Part shown: positions 47,046 through 57,100 of the stretch, piece by piece | Layout: the number at the start of each line of letters is the position of its first letter | Numbering within the stretch: the stretch's first letter is position 1 | IMG/VR virus record: IMGVR_UViG_3300011409_000288 | Span: 1 to 59,585 of that record | Origin: a virus | Taxonomy: Duplodnaviria > Caudoviricetes | Direction: 5' to 3' (one strand) | Length of the DNA stretch: 59,585 nucleotides | Notes under the pieces: generated by a model | Seen by the model: the letters and a program-made list of their open reading frames with translations, nothing else | What the model was told of the DNA's origin: nothing | Database searches by the model: none | Program-made: the position numbers and the translations under genes

Positions 47046-47627
47046 GTCGGGCCTTTCGCCTGTAATCGTAGGATGATTTGATACTCTCTCAAGAAGAGTC
47101 ATGTTTAGCAAGGGGGAACGGGATGCCAGATCCATCTGTAGAAGAGTCTAACAGTACAGAAGCCGAAATGCTAATAGAGACTGCCGCACTGCCGGAGGCG
47201 CAGGTTGATCCTAAGCCGACGCTTGATGTGGCATTTGTCCTGCTCTGTCAGGCGATGATCGTGCGTTTGGAGGACGACCTGCCCGCACAACTCCATGCCG
47301 AAGAGATTATGGGCTGGCATGCCAATGGGAATACGGGCGTGGCCTGGGCGCATGCCATCCTACTGCTGGAGCAGGTGATTGGGGTGCGGCTCAGAGGATA
47401 GGGAAGTCTATGTCCATCGGCGCGTTGTTTCTTGTCCTAAGCTTTGTGCTTTTCTTCCTCGTCGGTATTGGTGTGCAGGCTATTCCCAAGGCGGATGTCT
47501 GGGCGCATGCGTCCCTGGTGCTAGGGTTGTTGTTGGGCGGGTATCCCTTGGCGTGGTGGGGACCCCGGGCGTAGCGACGGAATGACTGCGAACCTGGCTG
47601 CGCCACTGGTCGCGGCAGGGGGGTATT

Positions 47628-49517
47628 ATGATGCGATGGATGCTCCTTGTCCTTATGCTGTGGTTGGTGCCAGGGGTAGTGGGTGCGCAAGTTCCCTGTA
47701 CGCACTATGCGTCTCCGGCTGGCGGAGGCAACGGGCTCAGCGCGAGCACGCCCATGCGCATCAACCAATTCTGGTCGGTGGCTGGTCCTGGGAAAGTGCT
47801 GTGCTTACTGGATGGGACGTACCTGAGTGGCAATGCGCTCATTGAACCACCAACGACGCTCCACGGCACCCAGGCACAGCCGATCACCGTGCGAGCGCTG
47901 AATGACGGCAAGGTGCTTCTGGATGGACAGGGGCATTGGGTGGTGCGTATTAGAAGTAACTGGTTTGTTTTAGAGGGCTTCAATGCTCGCAACGGCAGTG
48001 AGTTTCTCCTGCTCCTGAGTGGGCAACATAACCGGGGCCGGCGCGTCGTGGGCTGGGATGGCCAAGCCGGGCAGGGCGATAGCAACATCTTTCGCGCCAT
48101 TGGGACGGATAATGTGTGGGAAGATTGCGCAGGGTGGGGGAATAACTCGCGCAAAATCTTTGACGGCGCGCAGGCGGGCAATGTGGGCGGGTCTGGCTAC
48201 CGGCGCTGTTGGGGCGAGTTTAACGACTGGCCTGGTGGAGCAAGCTGGCCCACGAATACGTACCAGGGTGGCTACAATACCACCAACCAGCTCTTTGAGA
48301 ATGTCATTGGGACGTGGCATACGACAGGCGATGTCAAAGAGCCGGAAGCTGTTATACGCTATTTCAAGGGGCATGAGCAGCACCCCAATGCCATCGAAGG
48401 CAGCAAGGTGCTCGGCTCGATCTTCTACGTGCGCCGAGGTGCCAGGTATGAGCCTGGACAAATCGTGGCAACCGACGGGATTAGTGGGCTGCTGATGCGC
48501 GACGTGGTGGCCTATGTTGCGCCTGGCTTTCCCCAAGTTGAGCCCTTCGCATTTATGAATAATGGCTGTAGTGGCAGCGATCCATGCGTCAACAATCGCT
48601 GTGAGAATTGTCTGGCGATCCATGACGGGAATGCAAGCTCGAACCAGAACGGCGCAGGCTGGACCCTCCCCGGTTTCCGTGAGGGCAATGGCCTGCAAGC
48701 CGCCACAAGCGGCATCAGCGCCTTTACGTTGCTCCCTGGTATCTGCTACCGCTCGGTCAATGGCGAGACCACGAATAAGCCGCTGTGGCCATGGCCGATG
48801 GATGACCGCATCCACGAGGCGCGGGCACTCTCTGGCAAAGCCCCAGTGGTCGTCACGGAAGAGATCGCCTCGCTCCTCGGCCCCATTCCTGTTCTGTGCA
48901 TGAACGGAGGGCCGACCGATACCACGCCGCCCACGGGCAGCATCACCGAGCCGCTTCCTGGGGCCGTCCTGACTGGCGAAGCCTTGGTCGCCATCGCTGC
49001 CGAAGACATGGGCGGCATTGCCGGGGTGCAGCTCCTGGTCGATGGGCAGCCGGTGGGGAGCGAAGATACGACCGCACCCTACGGTGCCAGTCTCAATACA
49101 GCGGCACTCTCGAACGGTTTGCATGCCCTTACCGCCCGCATCCGGGATAGTGCGGGCAACCTGTTCGTCACGGCGCCGGTGAGTGTCAGCGTCCTGAATC
49201 TGGGCGGCGCGACCCTGGCGGCGACACCCCTCATCGTCATCCCAGGGGGCATTGCCTCGATGGCGTGGAGCGGGATTCCTACGCCAAGTTCTACGGATTG
49301 GGTCGGGCTGTACGTGCCTGGCGCGGCACATAGTGCGTTTCTCGCCTGGCGCTATACCACAGGACAGGCCAGCGGGACGGTGCCCTTTACGCTCCCAGCT
49401 TCAACCGCGCCGGGCATCTACGAGGTGCGGCTTATGAGTAACGATGGCTTTACGCATCTGGCGACGAGTCCCCCTGTTACCATCGCAGCGGCCTGTATGT
49501 GCCCCTGCGCGCCGTAG
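47628..49517 (+). CDS. Secreted beta-helix-like plus Ig-like (Big_7-type) protein
   Basis: Signal peptide, YASPAGGGNG, GTQAQPITVRA, DTTPPTG...GVQLLVDG...DTTAPY...NGLHALTARIRDSAGN. Confidence 0.8.
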   Translation: MMRWMLLVLMLWLVPGVVGAQVPCTHYASPAGGGNGLSASTPMRINQFWSVAGPGKVLCLLDGTYLSGNALIEPPTTLHGTQAQPITVRALNDGKVLLDGQGHWVVRIRSNWFVLEGFNARNGSEFLLLLSGQHNRGRRVVGWDGQAGQGDSNIFRAIGTDNVWEDCAGWGNNSRKIFDGAQAGNVGGSGYRRCWGEFNDWPGGASWPTNTYQGGYNTTNQLFENVIGTWHTTGDVKEPEAVIRYFKGHEQHPNAIEGSKVLGSIFYVRRGARYEPGQIVATDGISGLLMRDVVAYVAPGFPQVEPFAFMNNGCSGSDPCVNNRCENCLAIHDGNASSNQNGAGWTLPGFREGNGLQAATSGISAFTLLPGICYRSVNGETTNKPLWPWPMDDRIHEARALSGKAPVVVTEEIASLLGPIPVLCMNGGPTDTTPPTGSITEPLPGAVLTGEALVAIAAEDMGGIAGVQLLVDGQPVGSEDTTAPYGASLNTAALSNGLHALTARIRDSAGNLFVTAPVSVSVLNLGGATLAATPLIVIPGGIASMAWSGIPTPSSTDWVGLYVPGAAHSAFLAWRYTTGQASGTVPFTLPASTAPGIYEVRLMSNDGFTHLATSPPVTIAAACMCPCAP

Positions 49518-49626
49518 GAGATGCCATAAGGTAGAGAGACTTGCGATGCACGCTAGCTAGGCGTGAACCGGGTAGAAGAGTATAACATAATGCCAAGGAA
49601 AATGGCATAGTTCTAAGGAGACGAAA

Positions 49627-50455
49627 GTGGCAGCCAGCTCGTTCATTTTTGACCATGCCAAAGCGGGATGGGGCATGTTATCCGCTCCCAGTTTGTGCTA
49701 TTGGTCATCGACCACAGCCTCATTTTACATCACATTGGTCAATGAATAAGGCCACCCTTGTTCGTAAGGACAAGGCGCAACCGGGAGAATTGCTGGAACC
49801 CCCTAAAGCCATCGGCACTACAGCATAGCTCGTAAGGGCAGGTGCGAATGTGAGAAAAGACGATGGATGACGGCAAAGCCGGAAATGGGCAATCAGCAGC
49901 CGAGCGTCCTGGAAACAGGATGAAGGTTCAACGACTAACGCAGACAGCCCTAACGTAAAGACGAGGGCGATGAAGCGACACGAGCACCCGGCCCCCTTTT
50001 TGGGGAGATGAGATAGTCTGGGCTATGACCGAAAGGCATAGAAATGCAGGATAAAGAGCCTGCATTCACACACACGCTCAAATAACTATGTGCCCGATGA
50101 GGCCCATCGCTACATGTCGGCTTTGTCTGGGGCAGAGTTGTCCAGCACTTCCTTTACCGCAGGCTCAGGCGGCACGATGCGGATTTCCCTGACAGGCCGC
50201 ATTCTGAATGTGAACACCACCTCGCATCAGGCAGAGTTTCAGGCGAACACGATCACCTGGTCGGGACTCAGTGCAGGCACCGCCCATGCGTTTGTGGTGT
50301 TCCAGTATGCGACGAGTGGGGCTACTCAGGCTAGTGATGCTACGGCTATTCTAGTTTGTTATAACAGTTTAGGAGGATTTCCCATCACGACCAACGGAAC
50401 TAACCTTACGCTATCGGTTACTTCCGCTGGCCTGTTTGCTGGTGTTGACTTTTAG
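49627..50455 (+). CDS. Putative virion-associated protein split by a group I intron (exons 49627-49739 and 50077-50455; 163 aa)
   Basis: TAAGGAG RBS plus GTG; splicing restores ...FYITLV|SNNYVPDEAHRY... in frame. Confidence 0.82.
49740..50076 (+). ncRNA. Group I self-splicing intron (337 nt, no ORF)
   Basis: P1 TGGTC/GGCCA with U.G at 49739/49751; P AATTGCTGGAA, Q AATCAGCAG, R TTCAACGACTA, S GAGATAGTC; P3 CCGGG/CCCGG; terminal G. Confidence 0.92.
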
Positions 50456-50472
50456 CCCTATGACTTAATGTA

Positions 50473-51213
50473 CTATGTAAGAATTTTAGCGCTCTTTCTT
50501 GCGTTACAAGACCTGCAAGAAGGAACGATGTTTGATGCGGTGTGGTTGCCGCCTTTGCTGAGTGGGATCACATGATCTTGCTCAAGGCGGTTGGAGCCTT
50601 CCCCGCAATAGGCGCAACGATACTCGAAGGTGGCGAGAGTGGCGAGCCATTGCTCCTTTGTAAAGTCATTGATGGGTGCGAGGGCGAGACGTTCGGCTCT
50701 CTTGGCGTTCCCTCTATCCATGATTGCCTTGGCTTTCTCAGGGTTTTTGATACGCCAGTTACGCATTCTCTCTGTGATCTTCTCGGGATCATCTGCGTAC
50801 CGCTGACGTGCACGAGTGTTGATGTCATCACGGTTATTTGAGTAGTAACGTTTCTCGCAGACTTTACCGGCTGGAGTCCTTTTCCATGCCAATTTGTTAG
50901 CCTTGACCTTTTCAGGATTGGCGATGACATATGCCTGGCGCGTGGCACAATGGCACGTCTTACAGTGTTTACTGTAGCCATCACTCCGACTTTTGTCCTT
51001 GTAAAAGTCGGTCAGGGGTTTCGGGGTGAGACATGCGGTGCAGGTACGAGGGTCTAACGCTGGCGCAGGTTTCTGGCGAGCGGTATAGCGTACCTGGTAC
51101 TTCTGAACACACGGTTTACAGTACGGAAAGAGCCCATCTCCACGGCTATGGTCAGCGGAGAAGAACTCAGGGGCTTTACGGATCTTGCATTTGCTACAAC
51201 GTTTTGTTTCCAT
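50473..51213 (-). CDS. Free-standing HNH endonuclease with two Zn-ribbon repeats
   Basis: KRCSKC..DG...CKPC repeated; CAYCG..EQDHVIPLSKGGNHTASNIVPSCRSCN; promoter TTGTAT-17-TATACT ending 7 nt before ATG. Confidence 0.9.
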   Translation of the reverse strand: METKRCSKCKIRKAPEFFSADHSRGDGLFPYCKPCVQKYQVRYTARQKPAPALDPRTCTACLTPKPLTDFYKDKSRSDGYSKHCKTCHCATRQAYVIANPEKVKANKLAWKRTPAGKVCEKRYYSNNRDDINTRARQRYADDPEKITERMRNWRIKNPEKAKAIMDRGNAKRAERLALAPINDFTKEQWLATLATFEYRCAYCGEGSNRLEQDHVIPLSKGGNHTASNIVPSCRSCNARKSAKILT

Positions 51214-51259
51214 GGATGCAAGTATAGCAAAGTTATAGGGAATATACAAGGGATATGGT

Positions 51260-51715
51260 ATGGCAGTGGAGTTAAGTGCCCTGCGGAGTGAACTCCTTGG
51301 CGACCCGGCGTCGATAGGCTATGCACCCTATCTCTCGACTGGGACGTATAGCATTATCACACACTTGATCAATGCGGTCAGTGCGAATAGCCATACGGCG
51401 GTGAGTGCGGTCTCTGTCAGTCGGGTGGGGTCGCTTGATTTGCAGGTGGCGGTCGTGGCAGCGGAGTATCTGGCACTGTCTGGTGGCCAGCAGGCGCTCT
51501 GGAATGCCGCCTTGATTGCAGCAGTGAATGGCATTGCGATTTCCAACACCACCTTTCGCCAGCAAGTCACCACCGTTTGGAGCGCAGGAACCACCACGCG
51601 GGCAAACCTGCTCCTTCTTCAAACACGCCGATGCAGCCGAGCGGAAGCGCTCTTTGGGGAAAGAGCGTCGGTGGATGTCAACGCCGTGGTGAAGGCGGTT
51701 GAGGGTGATTTTTAG
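51260..51715 (+). CDS. Hypothetical phage late-region protein
   Basis: LRSELLGDPASIGY...SRAEALFG. Confidence 0.7.
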   Translation: MAVELSALRSELLGDPASIGYAPYLSTGTYSIITHLINAVSANSHTAVSAVSVSRVGSLDLQVAVVAAEYLALSGGQQALWNAALIAAVNGIAISNTTFRQQVTTVWSAGTTTRANLLLLQTRRCSRAEALFGERASVDVNAVVKAVEGDF

Positions 51716-51733
51716 CGAGACAGGGAGCGTTTC

Positions 51734-52207
51734 ATGAATATGGTGGGATTGCCCGAGACGTATCGGTTTGGCCTCTTCAATAGTACAGGAGCCACGATCT
51801 CAAACGGGCCTGCGGCTCAGCCTGGTCCGACTGTCTCTGGCCGTCGTGTGCGTTTTGATAGTACGGGCACGCTGAGTTATGAGACGGCGAGTTTTACCTT
51901 TTTCAGTATTACCTCACTGAGCGGGGGGAATATTGGGGCGAATAGTTACCGTACCGGGTCCACCTGGAGTAACACGGTTAGTGGATGGTTGGGCGGGGAG
52001 TTCTCTATTTCGAGTTTTGGGCCGTCTGCGGCGTCTGGCAACCTGGTAGTTTACCTGGAAACCTCTGTGGATGGGGGGACAACCTGGCCATCGCCTGCGT
52101 CAGCCAATGGGGCAGGGGGAGGCATGATCGTGGCGGTGATCGGTTTTGCCTCAACGACCACGGCGAGTACCGCCTCGACGGCACGGGTAGTTGCCTTTGG
52201 GTTATAG
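51734..52207 (+). CDS. Hypothetical Ser/Thr/Gly-rich beta protein
   Basis: GGGAG RBS; LETSVDGGTTW. Confidence 0.7.
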   Translation: MNMVGLPETYRFGLFNSTGATISNGPAAQPGPTVSGRRVRFDSTGTLSYETASFTFFSITSLSGGNIGANSYRTGSTWSNTVSGWLGGEFSISSFGPSAASGNLVVYLETSVDGGTTWPSPASANGAGGGMIVAVIGFASTTTASTASTARVVAFGL

Positions 52208-52222
52208 GCAGGAGGAAGCAGG

Positions 52223-52531
52223 GTGGCGTTATACAATATTGACCGAACCAGTCCTTTGGGGAACCAGATCTTGAATTTGCTTGAACGCATAAGTGCGGAC
52301 TTTGCGCAATTGCGGCAACTCCGTCTCGCCATGATTGAACAGCGGGAAGGACAAGATGGAAGCCAGGTATCGCACTATGCCGAGGTAGCCGCAGCGTTTA
52401 AGTATCTGAATGGTATTGGTGGGGTGGCGGATAATGGCACGGTGGCGAAGGCGAGTTTTGAGGAGATCGACGCCTTTGTAGGGAACGGAGGGCCGTCGCT
52501 GGAACAATGTGCAGCGCGGCACCGGCAATAG
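52223..52531 (+). CDS. Hypothetical protein
   Basis: AGGAGG RBS; operon context. Confidence 0.65.
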   Translation: MALYNIDRTSPLGNQILNLLERISADFAQLRQLRLAMIEQREGQDGSQVSHYAEVAAAFKYLNGIGGVADNGTVAKASFEEIDAFVGNGGPSLEQCAARHRQ

Positions 52532-52543
52532 AATTGAGGTCGC

Positions 52544-53689
52544 GTGGATGCCACCCTAGTTCAACTGCTACCACCAGACCTGTATATACCAGGGGAGTAT
52601 GTCAGTGCGCCGTGCTGGGTTGAACCTGCGGCAACCTATGTCACGTTGCGGCTTGAGGGACGACCGCAGTGGCAACGACTGCGGGCTAGGGAGGATGTGC
52701 TCACTGCCTCGATTGAGGTGAATACCCATGGCACCTGGGAGATCCTTGGGGGATGTACGACAGATAGCCAGGACAAGGATGATCATAGAACGGGTATCCT
52801 GAGTACCGCAACCACACTTCGTGTTCCTTTGCCTCGTCTCCGTATCCCGCAACCCCAAGTGCGTATATGTCTCGCATGCTTCTCACCATGCCACATCACT
52901 GCAACCGTGATATTTGATGACCAGGCCAGGCCAGGCCAACAGTTCATGGAACATCACAGTGTCACCTATGATAACGATAACGAAGCGGTCGGCCTCAACG
53001 TCAGCAGTGTGACCATTGGCTCGTTTGCTGTAGCGAATAATGCAAATCGGTGTATGGTCGTTGGGGTTGGTGGATGGGATAGTATCTCGACGGATAGTGT
53101 CGTGAGTTCCATAAATCATAATAGCTCAACGGCGGGATGGGCTCAAGTCATCACAGCGACAGGGACAGACGGAGGAGGCACTTTTCGCACGTCCATGTGG
53201 CGAAAGGTAGCCCCATCTGCGGTGTCTTCTACAGTCGTTGTGACAATGGGGGGGACGTGTAGTGAGCTTGGTGCACATGCGCTCTCTGCTTATGATGTTG
53301 ACCAGACAACTCCAATGGGAACGCCTGCAAGTGTTATTGGTCCGCCTGGCGCAGGGACTCCCATTACCATGAATGTCAGCGCGGCTGTGAATGATTTGGT
53401 CTATGATGTGATGTATTTTTATGATGAAGACGAGACTGTCACGCTCACTCCTGGCGCAGGGCAAACAGAAAGAGCCGAGTCAACGATAACGCTCTATGGA
53501 GGTGCGGCACGCAGCCTCATCGCCGCAAGTACGGAGGCTGGGGCAGCAACGGTCACGATGTCATGGACGCTCACGAATAGCTTTTACTATGAGTTTGCGC
53601 TTGTAGGCTGTGCGCTCAAGGCCGCAGTGACAGGGGCAGCAACACGGTATCCGTTTCGGCAAGGCGTCTGGCGTCGATGGAGGTATTAA
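52544..53689 (+). CDS. Hypothetical beta-rich structural/tail-associated protein
   Basis: NRCMVVGV, VDQTTP, PGAGQTER; aromatic/Arg C-terminal tail. Confidence 0.65.
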   Translation: MDATLVQLLPPDLYIPGEYVSAPCWVEPAATYVTLRLEGRPQWQRLRAREDVLTASIEVNTHGTWEILGGCTTDSQDKDDHRTGILSTATTLRVPLPRLRIPQPQVRICLACFSPCHITATVIFDDQARPGQQFMEHHSVTYDNDNEAVGLNVSSVTIGSFAVANNANRCMVVGVGGWDSISTDSVVSSINHNSSTAGWAQVITATGTDGGGTFRTSMWRKVAPSAVSSTVVVTMGGTCSELGAHALSAYDVDQTTPMGTPASVIGPPGAGTPITMNVSAAVNDLVYDVMYFYDEDETVTLTPGAGQTERAESTITLYGGAARSLIAASTEAGAATVTMSWTLTNSFYYEFALVGCALKAAVTGAATRYPFRQGVWRRWRY

Positions 53690-53690
53690 G

Positions 53691-54185
53691 ATGTCTCATG
53701 TGTATGCTGTTGCGGTCCAAATTGATATTACGACAGCGGGCGGGGATATTGACTTACTGTCCTGCGTCCCTGCCGATGATAAGCCGGTAACGTTACGGGG
53801 GTTTTCCCTGTCGCAATCGACGGAATTGGGTGAGGCGCAGGAAGAGAGCTTGATTATCACCGTGCGGCGATTTGGGGCAACGGTGACGATAGGCTCCGGT
53901 GGATCGGCGGTGAGTGCGGCGAAACCTCCCGAAGACTCGGCTGATCCTGATTGGGGATTTTCGGCACGCACGAATGATACGACGGTTGCCACGACGTCTG
54001 GCACAAACTTTCTCTATGACATCTTTGCCTGGAATGTTAGAAACTCGCCGTATGAGCGATGGTATCCTGAAAAGAAAGGGTTTTGTCTCAAGGCTCGGCA
54101 AACAGAGGCAATCATTATCCGCAATGAAACGGTCATTGCCGATACGATCACCATATGTCTCACTGTCTGGCTAGAAGAAGAATAG
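53691..54185 (+). CDS. Hypothetical beta-rich phage protein
   Basis: GGAGG RBS; ends VWLEEE. Confidence 0.65.
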   Translation: MSHVYAVAVQIDITTAGGDIDLLSCVPADDKPVTLRGFSLSQSTELGEAQEESLIITVRRFGATVTIGSGGSAVSAAKPPEDSADPDWGFSARTNDTTVATTSGTNFLYDIFAWNVRNSPYERWYPEKKGFCLKARQTEAIIIRNETVIADTITICLTVWLEEE

Positions 54186-54187
54186 AT

Positions 54188-57100
54188 ATGTTGAAATACA
54201 TAAGATGGCAATTTCAACAAATACAAGATATCAACTCGTTAAAGCGAGTTGTCCTCACAATTATTCTTGCTTTTGGATGGATATGGATTATCCCACTCTC
54301 AGTTATTTGGTTTCAAAGTATTGGATGGCTCTATGTTCAAGGAATAAAAAATATACATATTGCACTTCCTGGGAAAAATATTATAGAACACCACGTTAGG
54401 ACATTACCTGAAGACGTAGGAGGAGTGGAGGGTCAAGCTGCATGTACCCATTATGCCTCCCCTAGTGGTGGTGGCAATGGACTCAGCCAGGGCTCGCCGT
54501 TCCAAATCAATAATTTTTGGTCGGTGTCAAGTTTACCAGGAAAAGTATTATGCTTGCTCAACGGAACATATACTGGCGGCAATTCAATGATTATTCCACC
54601 AGCAGGCATCCAAGGAACCAGTAGCAATCCTATTACCATTCGTGCGTTAAATGATGGGCAAGTCCTCATTGATGCCGAAAATAACGGGTTTGCGCTGTGG
54701 TTGGCGTATCATGGGGGTGGCGCAAATGATAACGCCTGGTTTGTCGTTGAAGGCATCAATGCCACAAGGGGTGACGAGGCTACTTTACTAGTCAGTGGCA
54801 GTGACAATATCTTGAGTCGTGTCATTGGCTACAACGGTACCGATACCCAGAATGACAGTAATATTTTTCGGATTGTCGGCTTTAGAAGCCGAGCCGTCGA
54901 TTGCGCTGGATGGGGAAATAGTAGCCGGAAGATTTTTGACGGCGCACAAGCCGGGAATCTAGATACGGCAGGTTTTAAGCGGTGTTGGGGGGAATGGAAC
55001 GATTGGCCTGGGGGTGGATCGTGGCCGAGTAATACCTATCAAGGTGGCTATAATAGCTTTGACCAGTTGCATGAAAACGTCTTGGGCACGACGCGCATTA
55101 CGGGCAATACTCCCCCTGGCGATTTTGAAGGAGTGATGCGGTATTTTCATGGCACTGGCATTCCTCCCTTTGACATGCAGGGCTCACGGATGCTTGGGGC
55201 AATTTTTTATACAACTCCAGGCGTAGCAAATATGGGCGATTCTCTGCTGTCTACAGATGAAGTTGCCAATCTCTATTTTGAAGACGTGGCCTTGATTGTT
55301 GATCCAGGTCGGGGTACCAGCGTTCAGCCCTATTTTATGACGAATTGTATTGTGAACGGACAATGTTTCAACAATGTCTGCCAGAATTGTCTTTTTGTGG
55401 ATGATGGAGCGCCTGGCTTTGCGTCTGGCAATTCAGGATGGTCTTTTCCTAACGTGCATCAAGGGAATAGTCTTGCGGCAGCGACAGGTGGAACAAGTCC
55501 TTTTGTGTTGTTACCAGGGATTTGCAAGCGATATGAAAATGGGGTGCTGACCAGTACCCCACTGTGGCCGTGGCCTATGAACCAGCGTATTTTGGATGCA
55601 CGCGCAACAAGTGGGTTTCCTGCCGTGGATGTCACTGCGACGATTGAAAGTATTCTTGGCACAATACCAGCAGCGTGCCGGAGTGATGGTGGGGATACCA
55701 CACCTCCTACCGTCTCTATCACTGCTCCATCAAACGGCGCAACCGTGTCTGGTGCGCTTGTGTCTGTGACGGCGAATGCGTCAGATAACGTAGGTGTGGT
55801 AGGTGTACAATTCAAACTCGATGGTGTGAATATAGGCGCAGAGGATACGGTTGCACCCTATGCGATCACTTGGAATACCACAAGCGTTGCAAATGGGGCA
55901 CATGCGTTGACTGCTGTTGCGCGGGATGCTGCAACGAATACCACCACGTCTGCCGCTGTGAATGTGACAGTGGATAATGCCGTTGCTGGTCATTATTACG
56001 TGTCTACCACAGGCTCAAATGGGAATAGTGGAACAAGTGCAGGGAATGCGTGGGCGACTCTCCAGCATGCCCATGATACGGTTGTAGCGGGAAATACTAT
56101 TCATGTGTTAGCAGGGCAATATTTTCAACGAGTCACGATCACAAAAAATAACCTTACTTGGACAGGAGAGAGTGGCACCATTATAGATGGTTCAGATGCA
56201 TTGACAGGGTGGAGTAGTCAAGGGAGTGGGATGTACCGTGTTGCCTTTCCAGGTTATGCGCCAGGGGCCTTGATTGCGACGGCGAATAAACTCTCTCTCG
56301 GGAGAATTAAAGATAGCATGATGGCTGGTACTCCAGAATCATGCGGCACTGGTTTTCAGGTGTTGCAATCCTCCAGTAGTTTTGTCTGTGAAGGGCGGAC
56401 GTATTGGGATGGGTGGGAAGCCAGTTTCGGCAATAATGGCGGCTTTGTCTATATACGTTTTCGCAATGGGGAAAACCCCAACACGATGCAGGTACGTTCC
56501 TCCCCCGGGGATGATAGTAGTACAGGAACCACGACTGGTACTTTTACCTTGAACGGCGCAGATGGGAATATTATTGAGAACATGGAAATTGGTGGGGGGA
56601 CGGATGCGATCTTACTCTATGCCGGGGCGAACAATAATATCATCCGCAATAATACACTCCGCAATGGCGTGCATCAAGTGCGTATCCATGACAGCTCTGG
56701 AAATACCGTGCTGAATAATACGATGAGTGAACGCTGGATTGGGTCTCATGCGGGCTATGCGGCAACACCCATGACTGCGGGCGATTGGTGGGACCCGACT
56801 TTTGGGGATGCTCGCATCAATCAGTACCATCATGATAAATTTGAAGGTGCGGATGGCGGAGAACATACGGGTGGCATTTATTCGTGGAACAGTAACGATT
56901 CGATTTTTGATGGCAATACGATCACAGGAGGAACGGTTGGGATTCACTTCGATGCGGGAGGCACAGGCACGCATATCCGAAATAATTACATTGCCAATCA
57001 CTCCGCTGAGGGCGTCTACTTTTCTGAGTATGACACCTTGCACATCTATAATAATCGCTTCTACAACGGCTCTCACCTGATGCGGATTCAACGTATGGAG

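Noticed and set aside
47970-49331. 453-aa antisense ORF
   Set aside because: Shadow of the 629-aa Ig/beta-helix gene
47628-55700. Diversity-generating retroelement TR/VR pair from the duplicated module
   Set aside because: Copies are diverged at all base types, both are coding, and no reverse transcriptase is in the window
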